Below, piece by piece: positions 47,501-62,500 of a DNA stretch of 64,000 bases. A model generated the notes under the pieces. The model was not told the origin of the DNA and did no database searches. It saw only the letters and a list, made by a program, of their open reading frames with translations. Numbering within the stretch: the first letter of the stretch is position 1; every line of letters begins with the position of its first letter. Location: positions 8,594 through 72,593 of the forward strand of contig CAZABZ010000001.1 of the NCBI GenBank assembly GCA_964483535.1, read 5' to 3'. This DNA is from an uncultured Planctomycetales bacterium. Its GTDB lineage: Bacteria > Omnitrophota > Gorgyraeia > Zapsychrales > Fredricksoniimonadaceae. The position numbers and the translations under genes are program-made.

Positions 47501-50500
47501 TATGACAGCCTGGAACACTTCGGGCAGGGTCTTGCCCGAACTATTGCCGGCCACAATGCTTTTGCCCATGTCCGCGGCCCTGATCATCTTCTTCTGATCT
47601 CCCCATTTCTGAAGATCAACGTAAACTCCACTTTGCTGCAAATTTTCTAATTCCTGATCAAGGGAATTCAAAATGGTCTCAACATCCTGAGGATTGACCG
47701 CAGCGACCATGGCCCGATCCCTATACGCAAAATTCAAAACCTCATCCATGAGAGCCACTACAAGAATTTTCTCCTGTTCGGTTTTATCTGTAATGCCCTT
47801 ATTCAGGAAGAATGTTAAAATCAAACGAATGACATCCGGATCGGCTCCATATTCCCTCGAGGCCTTTGATATTCTATCTCCCCAGTTTGTGGAACCAATC
47901 GCCATTGATGTCAGTGTATATGTGCTTCTGTAGGCTTCGAGATTTCTACGGGCCTCATCCTCCGAAATTTGGGCTTCTTTTAATCCGCTGATTAACTCCC
48001 TTGCCTTCTCTATATTGTCCTTTACATCTCCTGTCATGGCCTTATCATTCTTCCCATTATTACCATCCTCCATGGCTAAATTCAAACTAACTGAAACGAC
48101 AGGAATATTAATATTGACGGGCGGTTGAATATTGGGAATGCCCTTAGGAGGCACATTTTGCATTTCATTAGAAACCTTCCCCCAAGCCTGTTGTAAAATA
48201 TTCTTTGCTTTTTGAGTATCGCCAAAGATAACTTTAGGAATTTCCGTGAGAACTTTCTTGCGATGAGGATCATTTAGCATCTCCTCAGGAATTTGACGAT
48301 ACACCTCAACAATCTGTGCGGCATCAAGTCCTTTGGTAAGCTTAACAAGCGCCGCTCGATCATCCACAAGAACGCCTTTTAGATCAGCCATAGAATAAAG
48401 ATCCGGGCCCATGCTCTGCAACATGACATTATCAGGCGCTAATAATAGGAAGGTGCGTGAAGCAACATACCATCTGAAAGCTTCTAGCCTGCTCAACTGT
48501 CCGGCATCTACTTTCTTCCCTTTATATTCCACCCATTGTATTTCGTTGGCTGACTGGGACATGTCCACACTAGCAAACGTCGAAGATCCGACATGATCAC
48601 CATTTGTCAGCGGGGCAATCTCTGCCTTATCATACTCAGCTAAAATTGGAATAAGTTGTGCGCTGTCAGCTAAAGCAACATAACGGATATCCAGTCCTTG
48701 TTTAGCCAAAGACATAAAAGCAGTGTAATTATTTTTTGCAAAATTTCTAAGCAACCTGACTATACGGAGGGTTCGGGCAGAGGAAATAGCAGCATTTATC
48801 CGCCCTTTCGGTGGTGCTGTTGACTGAGGATTCATGTATGTGTCATTGCGAGGAGCCGCAAGTGACGAAGCAATCTCTTTTTGCATCTCAGCAACAGGCA
48901 CAGATGCCAAAACGGCATTGCCCCCTGCGATCAAAGCTTTAATATCCATTAAGCCTTTAGCCTTCAACGATAGCTTTTTAGCCACAGCATAAGCCTTAAG
49001 TACGCTCAAAACAATTTTCAACGCATATTGAGGATTATTCTTAGTCTGTACGGCCACAGCCTTCTCCAAAATCCTACCCATTGCTGCTTTAGGCAACAAC
49101 ATCAAGAGCGGAACAAGTTTACCGTAAAAATCCTTGGCACTTAACATTGAGTCATCAGAATCGAATTCACTATCTTTGGCAGCAAGTACAAAGTCCTTAC
49201 CAGGAGGAGCATACATGGCCCAGTCCAGACGAGAGGCTATGTTACTAATTACATTCATGGCCGCATCCAGAGGATTTTTAAATTTCTTGTCTGCCTGATT
49301 GATTATCCATATTTCTGTGACGGTATCCGCATAATCAACAGGACTGGTATCGCTCACGACTTCAGCGCTGTCGATAACCGACGACCCCGGCTGAAATTTA
49401 GTCTGGTTAACTAATTGAGCCTGATTCGCTGAAGCAGATATTTGTTCATCAGCTAAAGCATTGCGCTCTGGTTGTACAGGAAGCCCGTCGGAACCAATAA
49501 CCAAGCCCTCTCCATAGGGACCAATAGGCACCCTTTGCGGTTCTGGCTCAATCTGCGGAGTAACTCGGTTAATGCCCGCCTGATTATTGAAAACTATTTG
49601 AGGTGGTAGGACAATTCCCCTTTGTGCTTCTCCATCATACGAGGCATACACGCGATCCCAAGCTTCCTGCAAATTATTACTAAATGTTTGCGATACATTT
49701 TTCCATTTGGATTGATATTTAGTATCAAGGAATTTTAAAATAGGGACCAGTTTCTTGGCTTTGTCCCCATATTTGCTCCTTACCGTTTGTTCTGTCTCGC
49801 CTTTTAAAAACCCATATTGTTCCCGCAAAGCATCTAATTTGGTAAGCCAACCCGGCCCTTCACGACGGATGGCTTCAACATCATCTTTATCATAACCATG
49901 ATTTTCCATCATGCTGATAAAGATGCCTTTCAAATCCGTGTCGTCTCCTGCCCGCCAGAATTTCGGATCTTCATAAGATAAGCTGTTAGCATCATGTAAA
50001 ACCTTATCAACTTCTTCCAAAGAGTGGATGCTCTCATGGTTAAATCCATAGTTGATGTTGTGTAGATTTTCCTGCTCTTCATTGTCCAGATCCACAAACT
50101 CTGCTTGGATAGCCCAGATGCCGTCTGTCTCAACCCATTGGTCACCTTGTTTGGATATGAGCCCAAGTGTTTGTAAATATTCTACAAATTGCTCTTCTTG
50201 CTTTGTCAACTGCCGCCCCTTCGCGGAGTTCAAAAATTCAACAATCCCATAATTGCCAGCCTGATTAGTCAAGTTAACCCCATTATATTTAAACCCGCCG
50301 GCTGCCTTAAGAGGCACGATATCTCCTTTTTTAAATTCTTCTCCCGCACCTTCACGGAACACCATGAAGCGAGACATGGCGTTTAGCCCCCAACCCCTGG
50401 TCGCGACGATGTTGAGTATCTTTGTGCCTTTACCTACCTCTTCCCCTACAAATGGCGACTGCCCCATTTGAAGGTTGAATATTAAATGGCCCAATGATTG

Positions 50501-53500
50501 TTCTAATCGAAATCTTTTATTTTCCCTATCTAATGACATTGGAGTCAAACGCTGTTGGGGGGCCAAAGTCAAAAGTTGTTGATTGTAATTCTCTGCCATA
50601 GCTATTTCATCAGCGGTCAACTTTTGACGTTTTTCTTTTTCAGCGGCAATAACACCTTCCACTTTAACGCGCTCATCATCTAATTTTGCCCAATCGCCCG
50701 AGGCCTCAGTAATATTTCCACTTTTGTCAATATCCACCTTGATGCCAGTCTTCCCATCTTCCAGATGCAAAATACCATCTTGAAAACTTTGTTTAAAATC
50801 AATGGCCGCCAGCACATGCGCCAGAGCGCGCAAATTTATTTCTGAACCGCCACCAATCTTGCCATTATATATATTATCCAAGACCTTCGTTAAGGTTGTA
50901 TCCGTGATATGGTGTTCCAGTATATGGGTCATCACATCCATCTCTGCTGCTCTGAGGGCCAAAAGATCTGTAGTCTTTGCCAGCGAAGCCCGGATCTTTG
51001 CTAAGATTTGATCTGCATCTGGTTTGTTATTCTCGCGATAGGGCAGTTTTTGCTGGAAGGTATACAGCTTGCGGCCATCGCCCGGATCATACACGGGAAT
51101 ATTGGCCACTAACAGATCTTCAAATCCTTTCATTCCCTTGGTTTCGTCATCTTTGACCACTTCAATGATCCCTTTTTCAAGTCCCTTGCCGGATTTGATC
51201 TGTTCATCGAGCACCCCTAAAGCCAATCGTGCGGCTGGCAAACCGGAGATAGCCATGTTGCGACTGCGTTCAAATACTTTTTGAGCCTCGTCTCTGAAAG
51301 CGACATACATTCTTTCATCGCCCAGCGCTAAGGCGCGTCTGGCTTTCTGCAATTTCCCCCAGCCTTCAATCATATGTGTAAAGATTTCACCCAAAGCGTA
51401 ATCATGATCGTAAATTCCGACGTTCAAATTCTTTGCATCATTATGTTCGATGATGGTGCGCGATGCCCCCAGCACCGTCTCTACTTCCACCAGACGGGCT
51501 ATGCGGTCAATGATGTGGCCCACTTCATGGTCAGGAACGCCATTTTCCAAACTTTCCGGGTCAAGATCAAGCAGGGCTAACAAAGCTTTAGTCCCCAAAG
51601 CCAATCTCAAATTATCCGCCAAACCGGCGCTGCCATGCTGTTCCGCATAAGGATCAAATGTCATTTCAAAATCATTGTCTTTGAGATATTGATTAATTCG
51701 TTCCTTAGCTTCTTTTATGTTTGCCTCAGTTGGATCTAATAAAAGCCTGGGCAATTGATGATCTAGGTTCTCCAATAAATAACCTTTCAGCCACATAAGC
51801 ATATGACTTAAGCGGCTGCTTTTTTGACTGTCTGTCTTGAACTTCAGATAAACCCTTTGGCCTGAGCGAAGAACTTCTTTCCATTGACTTTGGTCTTCTA
51901 AACGAATAGACTTTTTATTTTCATCATCCAAAGTAATAAACTCGACATCAATGTCGTAACGTTTGACCAAATCCGCCATATCCTCCAAAAGACCTTCATA
52001 AACTGCGGTCCTGTCATCATTGCCGGGTAAACGCACTAATTCACTGCGTTTTTCCAAAGATTCCTTAAAACGGTTCGTGGCCGCGATATGATCGTGCACG
52101 GTAGCAATATCTTCTGCATAAATGATCGCGTCCTTGGGTGGCTTTAAACCCCTTCCTCTTAAATCTTTCCGTAAATACGGATCACTGTTCAAATCAAAAA
52201 TATATTTATTGTCTTTAGTGGTCTTAATGATACGTCCTAATAAATACGCTCTATTTTTAAATGTTCCGTCCTTACCGATAATGCGTCCTGTGTCATGCTC
52301 TATTACATCCCCCTGCTCAATCCCTTCCTTGGCATACCCATTTGTTTCAACAATAACCTTTTTAACATTCCAGGTTCCGTTTTCTTTCATGCGGCGTTCA
52401 CTGGTGATGATACGTTCGGTACGGAACTTGGTTGGGTCAGCCTCATCCTTTGTTAAAATCGGTTCAACAAACCGCTTGATATCCACTTCAGTGGCCCCCT
52501 TGGGGATCGCCGCAAAATTATTGTTGACGAATATGCCTTGATCCGGTAATTCCAAAATTTCATCGCCCTTGTTCTCATCTAAGGTGCGGATCAACACGTC
52601 TCCGTTTTTAATCGTTACCCCCTTATATTTGATAGGAGTCGGGTTGGTGACAATGATCTTTCTGATATTAACCTGCCCATTCTTATCGACGCTGACAATC
52701 GAACGGCCATAAATCGTCTCCCAGCCACGCATGCCCCCTAAGAAAACCTGTCGCTTGGTGTTGATGCTGTATTCTTGAATTTGTTTCTCTATGTCTTTTT
52801 CTTTCTTAAGCGCCTCCTGATCAATACGGATCAATTGATTTTCAACCAGCAGTGCTCTTAGGGCCCCGTCTGATGATGTTAAGCGAGAAATCAAATCTTT
52901 CTCTCCGGTGGAAAATTCTTCAATACTTAAACGTTCCTGGGCATTCTCCCCGCTGGCTTCAACCATTTGTCCGTTATTTGCGATACTGAAATCCCCTTTT
53001 TTACCGCCGATAGCCTGTAGTAAAATATTTTGATTGAAACGGTTATCTTTCTCTAATCTCATCCTATGATTAATCTTGTCATAAGCATATTGAACAGGCG
53101 CCAAATATTGTTCCCCTGTTTGGGCATCAATGATTTGCAAAATAGCATCTGAAACATATTCACCTTTATCTTTTCGTACATTAAACTGCACCAAACGCTT
53201 TTCAGCAACAGGCGCGAATGACATGAATGCCCGTTCATGTTCAGCTAAAGGATCGTCTGTTTCCTCGAATATTTTTAAAAGTTCTTGATCGGCCTCAGAT
53301 TTATACCAATCCTCCTGGGAAACGACCTTTTTAGTATTGGGGTTATAGACCTGATTTTCATTTGCGTCCATAGTCGGAGCATTGGCATAATTACCAAATT
53401 TTAACCGCTGACCGACGTTAAATATCTCCCCTTCCTTATAACGCATGGTACTAACAGACTTGTCAACCAGTATCCGCTGATAGCCGCCTGTGTCGCGAGG

Positions 53501-56500
53501 AAGAATATATTCATTGGGCCCCTTGGCAGCAGGCTTCTGCGTGCTGACTTGTGGTGTTCCCGTGGATTGACTTTTTTCTTCAGCCATAACAGCTTCTCCT
53601 AAATGTCGCTGCCTGATCATTCTTACGACTTCAGATATCAACTCTGGATTGGCACGATAATCGGTTTGCATGGTCTGGTGCGCCCCGTTTTGCGCCATAT
53701 CTAAAGAAATGCCCTGGGCGATGGCCATCATGAATTTCTTAAGATCCTGGCGCACTTGATCTTTTTGTTCTTTGGTCAAAGTGGGATCATTTAATTTTTG
53801 GTTATAACCTCTCAAAGTATCCTTGGTGTCTGACTTTAGATTAGGATCTTCTTCTATCATAAGCACTTGCTTATAGCGACCCTTGGTACGCTGGGAATTA
53901 TCATAATCTTCCGTATTTTTTAGATACGAATTTTGACGGCCCATGGCCTGCATAATACCCGATAAAGAACGCGAAGAAAGGTCAATTTGAAAAGCAGTAA
54001 GAACATCCGCTATTTTATTCCTTACTTTAATGCGTCCTACCGTATCATCGATGTCTTCCTTCATCGATGTAAGAATGACTCGAGCTTTCATTTTCCGACC
54101 AATTTCTGCAGGCGAAAGACCTTGATTCTCCGGTCTGCCGCTTAATTTATTAAATTCTGCTTCTACATCATCCTTGAGTTCCCCTTCAATAAATCCCTTA
54201 GCTTGATCATGCCTTTTTATGTACACTTCCCCGTCAATGCCTAACTCAGCCAATGCTTTTATTAATTCTTTTTTGACGGCTTTTTCACCATAGCGTTCAA
54301 GCAAAGGTTGCAACATAATAGTGTTTAAATACAATAATCTCTCATTGCTAGTCCTGCCCACCCCATCTTCGCCAAACTGTTCTTGAAGTTCTCTGACGAT
54401 TCTTTGCTTTAATGTAAGTTTACCTTCCACATCAAACTCGTATTTTCTATCTGTGACAGGAACCTCTGCTTTAGGCTGCCAGAATTCAAACCCTGCGATT
54501 TCCATGAGATCCCTGGCTTCTCCAAAAGAACCGCTAAATCCCATGACCAAGGCACCTTCACTTTGGAAACGTTTGACCACCTGAATACCTGTAGCGCGAT
54601 TACTCGGATGTTCTGCGGTATGCTGGAACCAATCTTCCATTCCAATATCCACTGCCTTTTTCTCAACTTCTTTCCCTCCCTCCATGACCTTGACCCCATT
54701 CTTCAAGTGTGAGACAATGACCCTCGAGTACATGTTCAAACCACTTTCATCTGAGAATATGCGATTAAGCTCCTCCTCCCCTACGTTTAGCATGTTGCGA
54801 GGATTGAGGGTGAATCCTTTGCGACGACTGAGCGTAAATCCACCATCTTTATTAATTATAATTTCCAACAAACCCATATTAAGAGCATAAACAAAATCTG
54901 CTTCTGCTCGTAGGGCCTTCCCTAACTCTTCACCTGTATAAACTATTTTCCCGTCTTTCCTAACGTTGTTGTCTTTATCAATCTCAAAACCTTTTTCCTT
55001 ACCCATTGACAATATTTTCTCATATAAAACTTTTTGAACCTCTTCAATAAATTCATGTGCATGGAAGGATTGACCAAATCCTTCGCTTTTATTGATCACG
55101 TTTCTAACATTATTCTTAACAGCCTCATCCACCACCTGAGTTAAAACATCAACATGAAAAGACAGCCTGGCCATTTCCCTTTTATACTCATCACTGTCCT
55201 CACCAAGTCTGGTGACAATTTCTTTGCCATATTCCGCATGCTTCCCGAATATCAAGGTTGGTATGGTTGCTTGAAGGTGGGCTTCATCTATAAATACAAT
55301 CGCGTTCTTCGTGCTAGTTAATTTACCTTTAATAGCGTTTATTTGAAGATTTAAATCCGCTGTTTGAGACCCCCGATGCGATATGACCGTTATCTTGCCT
55401 TCTTCATAAGGGATCTTACCCTTAATATCTTCACTATCGACGACTAAATAGTGTTCGGGATTATCCTTAAATGTATTGATGGCTTGGTCCGTCGTAATAT
55501 AGATGATCTGCCGGCCTTTATCCGTTTTGACGACTGTTTCCATAATACTTCTGGCTAAGGTTGACTTCCCTTCACCTGTGCCCAACGCTATAGCAATCAA
55601 ACGGCTCCCTTCTATCGTATTAGGATTTTCAATGGCTTCAAGAATTCCACGAATCATAGACATCTGCCCCTTTTTATAGGCAAATACTTCCCCACGAGGG
55701 ATCTGTTTTGCGAGGGCGCTAAACACTTCGAAAAACTGCGTGTCCCTATCTTGGGCTGTTCCCCAGCCTTCCCGCTGTCGTATTTCCCCTAATTTACCCT
55801 TAAATATCTCCTTGGCTATGGCATCCGCTGAAGCTTGCAGGTCTAACATCTGGGCCTTTTTCACCCGCCACTGTTTTTCTACTTCTTTCAGATCAGTGAT
55901 GAGATTATCTACCTCCCCTCCTAATCCCGGTTGCTGTCCCCATTTTTGCTTGATTATGCTTTGGGCTTGATCAAATTTCTTTGCTTTTATCAAAGAAGAT
56001 ATTTGAACCAAATCACTTATAACATCTTTCGCTGTAATAAAATCAGCTTCCTTTTCTCTTTGGTAGGCTAATGCTAACGTCTCTTCCCCTACTTCCTGCC
56101 CCTTAAGCCCATACTGCCCTAACAATAATTTCTGCAATGTCCCCTTAATTATGTCCAATTCTAATCGTTGAGATTTCAGACGGGAACCGATAATAGCAGT
56201 AACGGGGGAATTTATCCCTTGAGCATCTTCTCTTGGGGTGTTCCAATAAAGGGCGTTCGCAAACTCCCGTTCCGGGGTCCAAAAATCAGATGAAAAATAC
56301 TTGGTTTGAGAAGGGAATTGTGTGTCACGGGATGCAGGGTGGATGACGTTTGTACTAGCGCCGACTTCTTCAACCGCAACTTCTTTTGTTTTAGTGTTTT
56401 CTGCGGAAGTTTCCGGCGGAGCCTTGGATGGTGGCTGGGTCCCTTCAATTGCCTCGCGTTGTCCTTTCCTGCCGTTAAGATATTCCGCGATATCATGCGC

Positions 56501-59500
56501 GTCTGCGCTGAACTCCTCTGCTCCCGGCAAGAGAACGCCTTGTTCTAAAAGTGCGCGTGTTACCTTGCTAATTCCTTCCAGTCGACTAATTCCTTCCGGA
56601 AGGATCTGTTTAAGTAAATTTTGCTGACGTTTAACACGCGCCTCGGTTAACTCATGCAGAGTGGCTTGAGCGGCGCCTTCTTTGGTAACAATCAAATACT
56701 CACGATTGCCTCGGGCATCTCGAAAAACAACAAAGCCTCCGTCAGCGCCGTCTAAATAAGAAGAATTATCCTTAACGATATATCGCCTGAACGTCGTAGT
56801 TGTTCCATCAGAATTTTGAATAACTCGTTGTAATCTTCCTTCGCTAGGGGATCCTATATATAAAGGCTTAGCAGTTCCTGTTCGAGCTGCGTTCTGTAGG
56901 CGCTCAAGCCAAGCTTGTTTTTCTTGTTCTGTTACAATTTTACGTCCATCTGCTGCGCCGGCATCCTCCACAGTCCGGACTTTAAAATTGTCGTCAATGA
57001 AATCATCCACTTCTTTGCCCTTCTTCCCCAGAATATCAGCTATATCTTTCAAATATTCCAGCGCCTTCGTTTGATCACCAGATGTTTTGTCAATCTTCCC
57101 TTCAGCCCTGTTTTCAAAAAATCTCGCTTCTGGATTTAATTGGAATATTTTTTCAAAAGCTAAACGAGCTTCTTCTCTGTTGCCAGCTTCCATAAAAGCA
57201 TGTCCCAAATCATCATATAACTGTGACACGGCAACTTTCTTCCCATAATCTTTCCCGGCCAAGTCTTCAGCTTCTTGCGCCAATGTCTTGGCACTGTTTA
57301 AATCGCCAGGATCTTTAGAGAGCGCGGCTTTTCTTATTGCCATAAGTGCTGTGTCATTTCCCCTACGGAATTTATTATGGGAATACTCATTGGCCTTTGC
57401 AAATGCCTCTCTGGCAATGAGTGTATATCCATTCTTATTGAACTCTTCAACGAATACGTCATGTGCCAGATTAGACGCAATATCACGCAATGCCTTGCCT
57501 TGATCTTTTTTGCCTTGCTGACTTGCCACTTCCATCAATTGCTCTGCAATTTTTAAAGACGTGCCCTTGTTTGCTCCGCTCCCTTCTCTAATACTTAGTA
57601 AATTCCACCCACTCTCCAATTTGGAATCCCCCGGCGCATTATCAAACGCCACCTCCGCAAACAAAGTTGCAAAATTACGGCCTTCCGGAATACTTTTCCC
57701 TAACAACCCTCGGGAAACCGCCATCAAATCTTCTATCAGCGATTGATGCTGACTCGCGCCCTGCTGCTCTTTGGCTTCAGAAACCAATTTTTCCATTGCT
57801 GTTCTTGCGGCCTCAATATTACTTCCGCCATTCTTTGATAGCTCTAACGTTTGATCAAGTATCGCTTGTCTTTGAAATAAAATTCTTGCATTAAATTTCC
57901 CCGAGGCCGAAGCCTTTTCATTTAAATCGCCAGCTCCCTTCAAATCACCTACCGAAAATAGAGCTCTAACAGCACTATCTAAAGCTTTACGGTCCCCTAC
58001 CTCTACTGATTTAGCTCCTATTTCGTTAAAAATCTCTATCGCTTCTTCACTGTGTCCTGCCCTCTGCAAACTCTCCCCAACAGCCAAATGATCTAAAAGA
58101 ATCCCCGCCTGAGCTGATTGGTCACCCTTCTGACCTGCAAGCTCAAACGCTTTTTTAAATGACGCCACTGCATCATCTGTTTTGCCCTGCGCCCGTTGAG
58201 CTACAGCAAGAGAATAATACTTTTCATGGCTCTGAGAATCAGATTCAACAGCTTTAGAATAATACGCTTCAGCTGCCGCAAATTGTGCTTTCCCCTCCGC
58301 TTCTTTGCCTATGCTAACCAACCGTTGCCCTTCTTGAATAGAATATTCTCCTTTGCTTAATACATTAGACGGCTTGGCACCTAAAATCAGTCCTACCCAA
58401 CTGCCAATGCTTCTTTCGCTAAAGCCGCCGGAGTTGGGGCCAAAACCTGTAGAAAGATTTTCACGCGTAACAGTAATAGAACCGTCCTTATTAATTACTG
58501 GATTTCCCGCCCGCATTGTAGAAGCCCAATCAATTGCTGAGTCTATTCCTGTTACAACCGCGGCCACTTTAGCTAACCCTAACGGCTCAGCCAAACCGCT
58601 TTTTTGTATAGTATCCCTTAAGCTAATCCTCCATTCGCTAGCAGGGCCACTGGACTTACTCATTAATGTCGTCGCTGCAAGCATCGGGTTTAATGAAACA
58701 CCGCTATTAGGTGCTGTTACAGCGGCATTCCACAAAATTCCCTTTGCCTCAGGTGAGAGACTCCAAGAATCTCCTTGAAATAATTGTACAAAAGTAGTGT
58801 TCTCTTTGCCAAATGCCGAACCTTCCTGAGTCAAATTTAACAATGTCCCATGAGGCAATTGCCCAGTTTCTAAACCAACTATGATTGATTTGTAAACACC
58901 TGTATAAAGAGGGAATTGTGTGCCAATCGGTATCCACTTCAATCCGCCCCATGCGCCATAGGCCCCGAATCGTTCAGCCCCGTTTATAGATAGCCTATCC
59001 AGTAAATTTTCCATCGTTCTAATAGGTTGTCCTGAGGCAGTCTCTGATCCCGTTGTCTCTAATCCAAATTTCTTACCAACATTTTTTGATATCTCCCCTG
59101 AATCTTTAACGGCTAGTCCTGCCATCACTGACCAAAATGCGCCACGGAAAGCTGATGCCCCTATTTCACCACTTAAATTTTCATCCCCAAGCGCCATCCC
59201 TCCATAGCCATTATTTAAACTTACATCACCTAGATGCCAACCAAATGTGTGTTCCAGCGACCCCACTGCAAAGTCTTTACTGACATTTACTACAGCTCCG
59301 GCACCCGCCAACGAAGCATATCCTTTAATCCCATTATTCACGAAATACTTAGCTTGCCCACCCGCGAGAAAACGCGCGCCCAAAGCAAATGTTGTAATAT
59401 CAATAGCATCTTTCGGTGAGATATAATTCCCTGAAGCCAAACCATATCCTGCTCTTACGCCAACAGCAAGGGCTGGCCAAGTAAAATAACTCAAATTAGA

Positions 59501-62500
59501 CGTCGGCGAAAGCCATCGTGTAAGGCTTGTCGACACTGCACCACTTGTTAATGAAGTGGCTGATGAATAAGCGCCCATTCCTAATCCAAAAAGAGCAGGC
59601 TTCCAGGCACTGTTGAGCCCTGCAGACAACATTTCTCCAAATTCTGCTTTTGGATTTTGCCATTGATTACTAATAATGCCCCAAGTGGCACCCCAACTGC
59701 CTAATTGTACGCCATAATTTAAAGAATTAACTGCTCCGACTACCCCCTTAGTTCCAGACGAGGCTTTTTGTAAGATTTCCAATGCCTCTTTAGAAACTCC
59801 CCCTGTAACGTCTTTCATAGAGGCCACTGTTTCTTGGGAAGCTTCTTGCGTAATTCTTTCTGAAGATCCTTCTGCAGTTGCTTTGGCAGAAGCCAACGCA
59901 TCTTGAACGGCTCCTTTAGTTACTGTATTTGCCAATGCCCCTACTCCAATTCTTCCAGTATTCACCAATATTAAAGCTGTGGCTAATTCCACATTCTGAG
60001 AAAATGTGAGAGGGCTCCCTTGATATATAGGAACGGCATTAGCCAGTGCCAATCCGGTGCCGACAACGGTTAAATTGCTGATGGCAAAATTCTTTACTCG
60101 ACTTGTTGTTAATGCCACAAATTCGCCATTGCCTCCTCTAATTGTTAAAGGGCTAAGAACGGTATTCGCAAGTCTTCCCGCCGCTGATTGCTCTATAGCA
60201 TTCCCCCAAATATTACTAATAGAACCTGTAACTGCCTTAAAAGCGGCTCCAGCTGCAAATACTTTCAAATCTTGTTCTGGTGTCAAAAGTTCATGATTCC
60301 TAACTAAAGAAAAAGCATTTGAAACCCCTACCCAGCTTAATCCAGAACCAACGATTGGTCGCAAAAGCGCCCCTCCCCATATTCCACCTGCGCCCACAAC
60401 TAACGGAACTGAAGCTGCCTTCGTAAAACCTGAAGAAAAATTATCTAATGAATACCCATTAGTATACATACTCCTCAAACCCTCTGCGGTACCTGCTGAT
60501 AATGCCAAAGTTCCCAACCCAAACTTAGCTGCGTTCTCTCCTGCCAAACCACCCAAGCTCGTCCATCCAAGCCTAGCTGCTAACGTATCCCCTGTAGCAG
60601 TACCTAAACTACCTAAGACACGCGTCACCGGCACACTTAATTTTGATGCTGCAACATCCAACCCTAACAATCCCCCTGTAACTTTAAATAAAGATGTTGC
60701 TAAAGAAGCGGCCTCTCCGGTTGCTGAAAAAGCCATCAAGGTATCAACCTCTACTGGATTCTCTTCCACTATTTTGTTAATTTTAGATGCAACAACTTGG
60801 GTCACACCATCTCTTCCCAATGCATTATCCCTTACGCTTTCAGATATTGGCTGATGTAAATAGTATGTGCTGTTACTCCACATGTTGTATTCTCCCTCAG
60901 GACGATCGATATAGCCCCCTCCCATATTGTCAATCTCATTGGAAAGGTGCGCTATATTTGCACCCGCCCAATTCGCGAAACCGCTTATCGCATACAACTC
61001 TTTACTACCCGTCAACCATGATTTATCTTTCGTTTCAAAAGATGCTCTGGGAATAGCACCCCAAGCTTCATAAGCCTTGCCTGCTGATGCAAAATATCCA
61101 TTAATATTTTCTTGGTCTGTCCCTATTCCAGCTTTTGCGCGCTGTAAATATCTATTCGCATCATCCAAGAAATTCTGAACTGTCTCTTCCTTTCCTGTTC
61201 CCTTAGCGCCATATTTCCCTTCCATCAGAGCATCTTGTAGTCCCGCCATCGTATACAAAGCAGACTCTTTAGACAAAGATACCGCCCCATTATTCCAAAC
61301 CCTCTCAGCTAATTCGGGTGTACCATTTTTACCAAAATTCACACTTCCTTGCTCCGGCGCCAATTGATATACTGATTCTGAAAGAAGCTGGGGAGCGTTA
61401 GACCCCTCTGTATTGCCAAATTCCCGGTTCCAGGTGAACGCTGTAACCCCCAAGGAATCAAGTCCTTTTATTGTGACAGCTGTTAAATCCCCATGCGCGC
61501 CAGCGTTAAAAGTCGCATGATTAAAAGAATCAATTATCAACTTTTGATCGCCGCTTCCCCAAATGGTCCCGTCATCTTCTATCGCACGAGCTTGAAATAT
61601 TCTTCCCTCAACAGACTTCGTGTTATCTTGTTTCTTAGTCTGAGTATTTTCTTGAGGTTTAGTACTGTCTGAAGCAAATATCGGCAACATCACATTTTTG
61701 CCATCAAAACTCACCACAGGATTTCCTTGGTCGTTTATTTTCGATACCACGGGAATAAAAGTCTTCCCATCTCCTGACAGCCCTTTAACATTAAAATTCC
61801 AATCGATCTTGCCTCCTATGCCTGTCTGGGCACTAATCACATCGCCGGCATTCATTGACAACAGCACTTGTTTATTATTTAGATATCTTGCTTGAACTGT
61901 ATCGCCCTTTAAGAGAGCTGCTGTAAGGGCCGGTGATGTCGCGGTAACCCACGCATTATTTACCAGGGCCTTAGTCGCAACTGCAGATCCAATCTCTTTA
62001 CCTTGCACTGCTTGTCCGCTGTCATCAAAATGTACTGTGTCTTGGCCCTTGCCCGGAGCAAATGAGCTGATGAGTGAAGTTATTGTTGTCCCCTCCGCAG
62101 TCTGTTTTAATCCCCTTGCATAAGCAACTGCTTGAATCTCCGGGTGCGCTAGAAAACCCTTCAAATCGACGTCCCTCCAATCCCCCTGTCCACTAAAAGA
62201 GAAACTCGCGGGATTATAAGAAGTAACATCGACTTTTTGAACCCCTGTCCCATTAACAATTCCCTGTTTTTCTCCATCCACATAAATAACTCTTCTCGAT
62301 CCCGAACTTCCGAGGAAATCCAAACTAATATCATTCCCTAAATTAGAAACTAATCCCAGGCGTCCGAGGAAATCCGAAATAGGTCCCTCACCTGAATTAG
62401 GAGCTGTCCCCCGACCTCCGAGAAAATACAAAGGAGATTCCTTCTGCGCTGTTATCTTCCCTTCCGATGCCTGCCCGCCTACCAATGGCATATTAGTTCC

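Noticed and set aside
6640-55680. Assigning gene symbols secA, ppdK, nadD, udk or relA to embedded domains
   Set aside because: They are divergent, partial modules of one polypeptide, not housekeeping orthologues.
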